Below are positions 1 to 6,207 of a stretch of 6,207 nucleotides of DNA, piece after piece. The position numbers were made by a program, and so were the translations under genes. The notes under the pieces were generated by a model. It saw only the letters and a program-made list of their open reading frames with translations. It was not told the origin of the DNA and did not search any database. The stretch spans positions 1 through 6,207 of the forward strand of contig NW_003314700.1 of assembly GCF_000143415.4 (NCBI RefSeq), written 5' to 3'. Positions within the stretch are counted from its first letter, which is position 1; every line of letters begins with the position of its first letter. Source of the DNA: Selaginella moellendorffii. Lineage: Eukaryota; Plantae; Lycopodiophyta.

Positions 1-722
1 TGTTCTAGCTAATGATAGTTGTTGTACTTGAGATTCAGTGTCCATAAGGTGCAGAGCAAGATTTATCTGTTTTTGATGAGGTTTGCAAGACTCAAAAGAT
101 TAAGCTATGGATTTGAAGGCTTCAAGATGAGTTTGAGAATCTTGCATCATTTATTGATGACTTGACATTCTAGCATTTATATTTTCAATATCACTTTGAA
201 AACAACTTTCTTTATTTTGTGAAGACAGATCCTGATGATCATTTATGGTTGGTGGTGCCTTCAATCTTTATTTCACAGTTTCTCCATACCTACCATAATT
301 TTTCTATTGTAAGCAGGCATATGGGATATCATTATGTGACCGAGAAGTTGCGCAAGTCTTTTTATGGGCCAGAGATATGACATGATGTTATCCGGTATAT
401 GTGTAGCTACATTTGGTGCCAAATTTGTAATACTCCCCCTCATGCTACGGAAGGATGGTTGAAATTAATTGTAATGTCTCATCTATTTGAGTTAGTGGCA
501 TTTGATCTTATAAAACCTTTTCCACAATCAACTACTAGCAATGAGTATTTTATTATTGCTTTTGATTACTTAACTTGTGTAAGCGACTAAATTTTCCATT
601 CTACTTTAGTCACTTAACCACACCTCCGACTACTTGGAGGAGTCTCATTCACAACCTCCATAAGTCCAATTCAGGACTTGGGACTTGCTAGCCCCGAGAA
701 TGGCATCCATGCCACTCAACAT
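1..722 (+). repeat. Direct repeat copy 1 (722 bp; partner 5485-6206)
   Basis: Base-by-base comparison at offset 5484 shows only 4 differences (27 C/T, 70 T/C, 184 T/C, 695 C/T) and no indels. Both window edges truncate the comparison, so the true repeat may be longer. Confidence 0.97.
3..577 (+). pseudogene. Element A: Ty3/Gypsy pol fragment (RH-IN linker, integrase HHCC zinc-binding domain, start of catalytic core), with in-frame stops
   Basis: Frame 3 reads ...FENNFLYF...LWLVVPSIFISQFLHTYHNFSIVSRHMGYHYVTEKLRKSFYGPEI*HDVIRYMCSYIWCQ...LFELVAFDLIKPFPQSTTSNEYFIIAFDYLT. This matches the Gypsy pattern LVVP..H..GHxG..T..L...FYWP.M..DV..YV.SC..CQ...PFExVAxD...P.P.S..GN.YI.V..DYLT. There are five in-frame stops upstream of 399. 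Confidence 0.9.
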
Positions 723-1271
723 TTGCACTTGGTCCAAGTGCTCCACATGTCCGATCCCATGACCGACACTCAAAGGTACCACCGACATGGCAGCTTGTTA
801 CGCTAAGGCCATGCCGAATCACCTTTGCCACACTAGTAGTCCAATACCCCTTGCATCACAGTCTTGGCTCTCCAAGACTAGGCAAACCATCCGTGAGTGG
901 TCATCTCAGATCCACTCCTTAGCATCCTTAGGATGCCCACCGACAAGGGGAATAGCCTTCCCCAATATCCCTCTGTCAGTCCCCACTAAGTCCCTTTCTG
1001 CCCCTGGCCGTGTTTGCCAACACTGCCACTGGATTGAGGCCCACAGGCCCGACCACTAAGTCCCACGGTCCTCTGGGACTTCCTCACCACACGACTGTGT
1101 CCTTGGTCACTACCCCAGAGGACTGCTCCTCTTCCTTTCCACAGTCTGGGCCTTTAGGACAACATTTCGGAACACCGTGGCCTTACGCGAGCCACCTGGG
1201 TACTCTCCCCGCCTTCCGCCCTTAGGTGCTCTAGCCATGGGCTTAGAGCGAGGTTCCGTTGAGCCACGCTT
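578..1271 (+). repeat. Putative 5' LTR of element B (3' boundary uncertain); its first 146 bp recur at 6062-6207
   Basis: Starts TGTAAGCG at the breakpoint. CGCTT at 1267-1271 is the inverted complement of AAGCG and abuts a TGGTATC PBS-like motif. The terminal ACA is missing and no clear TATA box is seen. Confidence 0.4.
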
Positions 1272-1282
1272 GGTATCCAAGT
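1271..1282 (+). promoter_or_regulatory. Degenerate tRNA-iMet primer-binding-site-like motif
   Basis: TGGTATCCAAGT matches 9/12 of the canonical plant PBS TGGTATCAGAGC and lies ~100 bp upstream of the gag remnants. Confidence 0.35.
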
Positions 1283-1443
1283 AGGTAGTGCCACCCACAC
1301 TTGGACTGGGAGCATCGGCCAGTCGATCTCCCGGGGGAACTAGAGCCGGCTCTTGAACACTTCACCAAGCTACCCCGCTTGTCGGTCCGTATTCACTCTA
1401 GTCTTGGACTTCCTAGTGGTCAGTTCATCACCCAACACTGGGT

Positions 1444-1486
1444 CTGGCCTTCCTGGGCCAAACTGGCCTTTCCTGGCCAAACTGGC
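1444..1486 (+). repeat. 19-bp tandem duplication (2.3 copies)
   Basis: CTGGCCTTCCTGGGCCAAA / CTGGCCTTTCCTGGCCAAA / CTGGC. Confidence 0.85.
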
Positions 1487-1578
1487 TCCACTGCAGTCCT
1501 CCCCCTACTATACTTTTGGAGCTCACCAAACCCCCCAAGGTCTGGGAGACGAACGCTTTGGGCTTTCACCCTCTCAGG

Positions 1579-1728
1579 CTCGAACTCGGACTCGGCCTCG
1601 GACTCGGACTCGGACTCGGACTCGGATTCGGACTCGGACTCGGACTCGGCCTTGGCCTTGGTCTCGGTCTCGGTCCCGATCTCGGTCTCGGTCTCGGTCC
1701 CGGTCTCGGTCTTGGTCCCGGTCTCGAC
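1579..1728 (+). repeat. Hexamer microsatellite, 25 units: (CTCGGA)n switching to (CTCGGT)n at ~1651
   Basis: Parsed directly: 12 CTCGGA-type units followed by 13 mostly CTCGGT/CCCGGT/CTTGGT units, all in 6-bp phase. Confidence 0.95.
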
Positions 1729-2072
1729 TTCGGACTCCATCTCGGGTCCATCTCGGACTCCATCTCGGACTCCATCTCGGGTCCATCTCGGGTCCATCTC
1801 GGACTCCATCTCGGACTCCACCTCGGACTCCATCTCGGGTCCTTCTCGGACTCCATCTCGGGTCCATCTCGGACTCCATATCGGACTCTACTTCGGACTC
1901 CACTTCAGATCCATCTCGGACTCCATATCGGACTCCACTTCGGGTCCATTTCGGACTCCATATCGGACTCCACTTCGGACTCCACTTCGGATCCATCTCG
2001 GACTCCATATCGGACTCCATCTCGGACTCCACTTCGGACCCCATATCGGACTACTTCGGGTCCATCTCGGAC
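1729..2072 (+). repeat. Minisatellite of 12-bp CTCGGACTCCAT and 11-bp CTCGGGTCCAT units (29 units plus a partial)
   Basis: Parsed as 19 x 12-mer, 9 x 11-mer and 1 x 10-mer. The distal half contains 47-bp higher-order copies at 1868-1914 and 1950-1996. Confidence 0.95.
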
Positions 2073-2528
2073 ACTTCCACGTGTCATGTGTTGGTCCTTT
2101 TTGGGTCCCTTTTTGGAGCCTTGCTTATTGGTTGCCTCGTGCTTGCTCCTCGAGCACTTTGTTGGGAGTTCCACTCCCGCTCTCGACCTTCCAAGTCGGA
2201 GCTTTTTAGCCCAAATGCGTTATGCTCATTTGGCTTTCGCTTCGGCCACTACCACATGGTGCCCTTCCGGCTCCACTTTGGGGCCTAGGGATTTTATGTC
2301 TCACAACTCCACCACCCATAGACGAAGTTCGATGTCCTCATCGAACGGTAAACCCTTTCATAAAATAACACCCGCACGTGTTACCTTTTCCATCCTTGGC
2401 ACCCAGCCAATATTTGTCTATGGTTTGACACCAAAGGCTCACCATGCCTTGTCCATCCTCTAAGGAGCATAGCCTCTCCAACTTAGAGGCTCATTTGACC
2501 ACTTGTGGTGGTGTTCTCCTTTTATTGG

Positions 2529-2540
2529 TTTTTTTTTTTT
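2529..2540 (+). repeat. T12 homopolymer
   Basis: 12 consecutive T between the zinc-knuckle and protease remnants. Confidence 0.9.
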
Positions 2541-2629
2541 CACTAAACCTGTTAGAGACACCTTCTCCAACCCGATCCCACTACTCGTTCTCGAGTGGTC
2601 TCACTTTCCAGCGCTATAACCCTTGCACT

Positions 2630-5335
2630 TTGGAACTTTTAATCCTGATTTCTTGGAGTCAATTTCCTAAGTGTCTCCGACACCTTGCCTTGCACATTTT
2701 GTGCAACTCCACTTCCCATCCTAGGAAGTTCTCTACTCGAGGGCACCATCATCCTCTCTTCTATTTCGTGCCACCCTGGGGCACTAAGTTCCAGTTATCA
2801 TACTTTGTGCTAAGGCTGTCCATGGCCCTATCTTTTGGCTACTTTGTCGCTCCCTCACCGTGAGCTTTTACTTCGCCAAATTGGAGCATTTAGGAATCCA
2901 TCCTTAGAAGTCCACTTCCTTTCCCACAAGCCGTTAGCATCAAACACATTAATGTTCCTTGGCTAACTTTGCCATTTGGATCCCTTCCATTAAATTCCAT
3001 GGCCGAAACTTGGCCACTAGTCCTTTGTTCCTATCCTTGATTGTTGCACCCAGCAACATAGGATCGCTACCTCCATTTTTGAGGTATCCTTTTGGTTCCA
3101 TAGCAAAGACTCTTCTTTGCCAAGTCCGGAGGATGTTCATCCCTAGTACGTTTCTTTAGCATCTTTTGCTATGAGCTCTATCCACGGCCCAACTTCGTGA
3201 CCCTCCCATGGGTCTCTTATATAGACTACTTTCCTTGGACTCACTATGCCATCGCACGGACATAGTTTATTTCCCTTAGGTGCTCTTCCCACTTGGTCAT
3301 CATGACCAAGCCACACCACTTTAAACAGTTCAATTTCAACATTTTGAACCAGGAACTTCATTCCTTAGCCAACCAAGGACCTTGTCCTTATCTGGCCATA
3401 AGATCACCTAGTGATCTCACCTTGGCACCTTAACAGAGTTGCCAAGAGGTACTTGGTCTTCTAGACCTTCAAATTGTTGACTATAACCCCGGGGGCATCC
3501 CCCACACTTGGCAGTGCACCCAAGCCAGCCCTTATGGCCAAGGGTTCATAGCAACTGAGATTAGGTGTCCCCATCTCACTCACCACGTCCTTGGTGCCAC
3601 TTGCACCAAAGCGTTCAAGTTAGATATGCCGAGCTTTCACACTAAGCAATCTAACCGTGTATCACGACTCCGAGGCATCCTTCGCTTGGCGGTGTGCCCA
3701 AACCAGTCTCCACACTGAGAGTCCATGACCACCAAAATATGAGTGTCCTCATATTCCAAACCATCACCACGCCCTAGTGATTTGGGACTCGAACCCAAAC
3801 ACTAGAGGGTCGGGACTCGAACCCAACCTCCGTATATGCATCTACGGACGGCATCACCCAGGATGCCTGGCGTGACTCGCACCAACTTATACTCAAAGCG
3901 CGCTATAGATCACAGCTTAGGAACCTAGTTCCTCCCCACTGCCAAGTCCTCTCACTTGACAAGCCTGTGATCATGCATGGACTCCTCCATGCTTAGCTCC
4001 ATGGCCCACCCTTTTTGAAGTTATCACCTTCAACTAGGGTATTTGTTCCCCTGACTTGCCAATCTCGCTTTGGCAAGTCCTCCAACCACTGTAACATGGT
4101 TTCTGCACAAGCGTGAAAGCCCTTGATCATCGACTTTCGTTCAAAGCCCTTTCTTTGAACACTCGGGAACTACTTCCCTAACCTTGATAGCCTTGCCTCA
4201 TGGCAAGCTTCAAGACCACGCTTCTGCTGCGCCACTTTGATTTCGCGCGTTCCTTGAACCATTTACATTTGGCCTTTCTAGGTACTAAACTACCTAGAAT
4301 CCTCTTTGGGAACCTTGAAGAAACTCTGTCCCTTAGCTTGCTAAGGCCCCCCTTTCTGCAAGCTTTCCAATTACCATATAGTCTAACATGGACAATTCCA
4401 TATTTTAGACTCTCCATGGCATCACGGTTGCTAGCGGCAACACCCTCGAGCCCCCACTTGATTCTCCACTCCCAACTGGCATAATTAACCTTGGTTATGC
4501 CCTTCGAGTCCTATGGTTCGGTTCTATCCCCTTACTTCTTGCTTTTGGCTTCACACCTTTCCTTCAGTCATTCTCCTCCAGACCAGGAAGATAGCTTTGC
4601 ACTTTCTATCATGCCTTAGCAAGTATTCTTAGGGATGAACTTACCCGATAGCCTAGGGAGTGGTTCCTCAATCCAGGTATGCTCACCCTATAATCCCACA
4701 CACCGGGATTACGTTGTTGCTTATGGGCCTTTGCGTGCCCATCGCTAGCCTTGCCAAAATTCCATTTTTGGCTTTGTCCAATTCAAGTAGACAGTCTTCT
4801 CCTGTCTCTGCCACCTTGGACATTTGGATAGCACCTACTATCCATCATTCGCTAGGAACTTAGTCCCTTGGGCCTTATCTACTACCCTCGCGACATCAAA
4901 CACCACCTCCTGGTGTTCTAGAGTGTTCGGGTGTCCTAATGACGGCTTCCTTGACAATGAGTATTTCCTTTTATGACATTGACTTACTATATCGCTACAT
5001 AAGCAACTTATCTCTCGTAAGGGTATATCCAACTTCCCTATGCCATCAAGAAGGCTTGGGTAGCTACCTTCTACCCGTTTAACCAATTATTTTGCACCTC
5101 TTGCTTAGTTGCCTCGTAGTTGTCAAGTCCTACAACTCATTGCTGGTGCTTCCATACCTCCATCATTATCTGGGTCACCACACTCCCACTGCATGCTCTG
5201 CAATTTAGGCTATGCCATTCCCATTTCTATTGGGATTCCTTTGGCAAGGGGTTCTCATGAACCCACCAACATAGCCTCAAGGTATCACACTTTGGCACAT
5301 TTGGTGTTTCCACACCATTCGCTCCACGAGCTTAC
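2630..5335 (+). pseudogene. pol relic (PR-RT-RH-IN) of element B, multiply frameshifted, truncated in the integrase core
   Basis: Ordered remnants: RPS 3462, LRLGV ~3555, FKLD 3614, YE 3738, CIY-DGI 3837-3855 (YxDD site), KPL 4117, LRHFD 4227-4241, RPG 4580, HAL 4610 (DALS site), LCVP 4729, SPVS-HLG ~4798-4820, DIK 4892, RLT 5076. Spacings (RPS to YxDD ~127 codons, KPL to LxHxD ~37, LxHxD to RPG ~118) fit what I recall for Ty3/Gypsy pol. The protease remnant (~2640-2680) is very weak. Confidence 0.65.
3772..3828. other. Two adjacent hairpins sharing GGGACTCGAACCCAA (reverse complement of a tRNA T-arm / B-box GGTTCGAGTCCC)
   Basis: 15-bp direct repeat at 3784-3798 and 3812-3826. Stems are CTAGTG(A)TTTGGG/CCCAAACACTAG and GGTCGGG/CCCAACC, both with the 7-nt loop ACTCGAA. 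Confidence 0.75.
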
Positions 5336-5344
5336 CTCTATTTG

Positions 5345-6061
5345 GTTAGTTATATTCCTTAGTGGGTTTTAAAGCTTTAAATATATGTTATTCATCACTC
5401 GGGAAGTTTTATGGTTGATGTTGATGCCCTTTCTTTAGCTCCTCTTCTTTTTTCACTCTCTTTTCATATTTTTGATAAGTATGTTGTTCTAGCTAATGAT
5501 AGTTGTTGTATTTGAGATTCAGTGTCCATAAGGTGCAGAGCAAGATTTATCTGCTTTTGATGAGGTTTGCAAGACTCAAAAGATTAAGCTATGGATTTGA
5601 AGGCTTCAAGATGAGTTTGAGAATCTTGCATCATTTATTGATGACTTGACATTCTAGCATTTATATTCTCAATATCACTTTGAAAACAACTTTCTTTATT
5701 TTGTGAAGACAGATCCTGATGATCATTTATGGTTGGTGGTGCCTTCAATCTTTATTTCACAGTTTCTCCATACCTACCATAATTTTTCTATTGTAAGCAG
5801 GCATATGGGATATCATTATGTGACCGAGAAGTTGCGCAAGTCTTTTTATGGGCCAGAGATATGACATGATGTTATCCGGTATATGTGTAGCTACATTTGG
5901 TGCCAAATTTGTAATACTCCCCCTCATGCTACGGAAGGATGGTTGAAATTAATTGTAATGTCTCATCTATTTGAGTTAGTGGCATTTGATCTTATAAAAC
6001 CTTTTCCACAATCAACTACTAGCAATGAGTATTTTATTATTGCTTTTGATTACTTAACTTG
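5345..6061 (+). pseudogene. Element A, longer copy: RNase H C-terminus, linker and integrase N-terminus
   Basis: 5363-5443 reads WVLKL*IYVIHHSGSFMVDVDALSLAP, resembling the RH end RWxLxLQ.Y...I.H.PG..N..ADALSR. About 100 codons later, after a frameshift, the same integrase fragment follows. The RH-then-IN order is the Ty3/Gypsy order. The left edge is approximate. Confidence 0.85.
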
Positions 6062-6206
6062 TGTAAGCGACTAAATTTTCCATTCTACTTTAGTCACTTA
6101 ACCACACCTCCGACTACTTGGAGGAGTCTCATTCACAACCTCCATAAGTCCAATTCAGGACTTGGGACTTGCTAGCCCTGAGAATGGCATCCATGCCACT
6201 CAACAT
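5485..6206 (+). repeat. Direct repeat copy 2
   Basis: About 99.4% identical to 1-722. The identical 63-aa ORF appears at 399-590 and 5883-6074. The last base (6207 G) mismatches 723 T. Confidence 0.97.
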
Positions 6207-6207
6207 G

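Larger units (their letters stand above)
1370..2460 (+). pseudogene. gag relic of element B, interrupted by a tandem array
   Basis: Remnants in shifting frames: PRLSV...GQFITQ (1418-1435)...AFP; SLFG (2106-2117); FRLHFG/RD (2265-2292, cf. QF..GLR); KITPAR; and a ruined zinc knuckle ICLWFDTKG-H-A-CP (2412-2455, cf. LCLYCGxxGHxxxxCP). Each match is weak on its own; the support is order and position. Confidence 0.45.
578..5340 (+). mobile_element. Element B: heavily degenerate, 3'-truncated Ty3/Gypsy (chromovirus-like) derivative, non-autonomous, inserted in element A's integrase
   Basis: Integrase A similarity ends at DYLT, immediately followed by TGTAAGCG and a shift from AT-rich to C-rich composition. 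Colinear gag/PR/RT/RH/IN motif remnants follow. No 3' LTR or PPT occurs before A sequence resumes at ~5345. Confidence 0.7.

Noticed and set aside
198-260. Hammerhead ribozyme core (CTGATGA at 232-238) in a terminal repeat, as in retrozymes
   Set aside because: No stem II followed by GAAA downstream, and the bases are explained as pol codons (P-D-D).
399-590. 63-aa ORF as a functional small protein
   Set aside because: It is an internal piece of the integrase pseudogene, bounded by a premature stop upstream and by the insertion downstream.
1729-2072. CRISPR-like array
   Set aside because: The units are contiguous 11-12 bp repeats with no unique spacers, and the context is a eukaryotic retroelement.
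1301-2463. Long ORFs (302, 311 and 315 aa on +; ES/RD/SPRW ORFs on -) resembling SR, SD-repeat or GL-rich proteins
   Set aside because: The array units lack stop codons in nearly all frames, and the 11-bp units shuffle the same peptides between frames. These are artefacts of the tandem repeat.
2521-2540. T12 as an intrinsic terminator, retroposed poly(A) tail or gag-pol slippery site
   Set aside because: The minus-strand AATAAA lies on the wrong side of the A run, there is no TSD, and the frames are too decayed to evaluate frameshifting.
1219-3286. 14-bp dispersed repeat CCCTTAGGTGCTCT (1219-1232, 3273-3286)
   Set aside because: A single short match that is plausible by chance in compositionally biased sequence and marks no boundary.
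2949-5086. Minus-strand ORFs (2949-3140, 3143-3361, 4178-4417, 4838-5086) as a minus-strand gene
   Set aside because: They are short with no recognisable motifs, and the colinear pol remnants are on the + strand.
5485-6207. Circular-contig overlap artefact
   Set aside because: The copies differ by four substitutions, all transitions, which fits real divergence rather than duplicated assembly ends.

Overview
Eukaryotic retrotransposon-derived DNA with no intact gene. (1) The window is bracketed by a 722-bp direct repeat (1-722 / 5485-6206, offset 5484, 4 C/T transitions). It looks like an LTR pair (TGTT...AACA) but is mostly a dead Ty3/Gypsy integrase N-terminus (element A), whose RNase H end lies just upstream of the second copy. 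(2) The integrase stops after DYLT at ~578, where a GC-richer second element (B) begins with TGTAAGCG. B runs to ~5340 on the + strand and keeps only colinear, roughly correctly spaced remnants of chromovirus-like gag-PR-RT-RH-IN motifs. (3) A 6-bp to 12/11-bp to 47-bp tandem array at 1579-2072 sits inside B's gag relic and produces all the long low-complexity ORFs. The most striking signal is that B is packed with short stem-loops: at least 19 perfect stems of 7-10 bp counted by eye against roughly 2-3 expected, with G-poor loops, some overlying ruined catalytic motifs. This suggests a former gag-pol remodelled into a structured non-coding RNA in a non-autonomous (LARD-like) element. All motif calls were made by eye, with no database searches.
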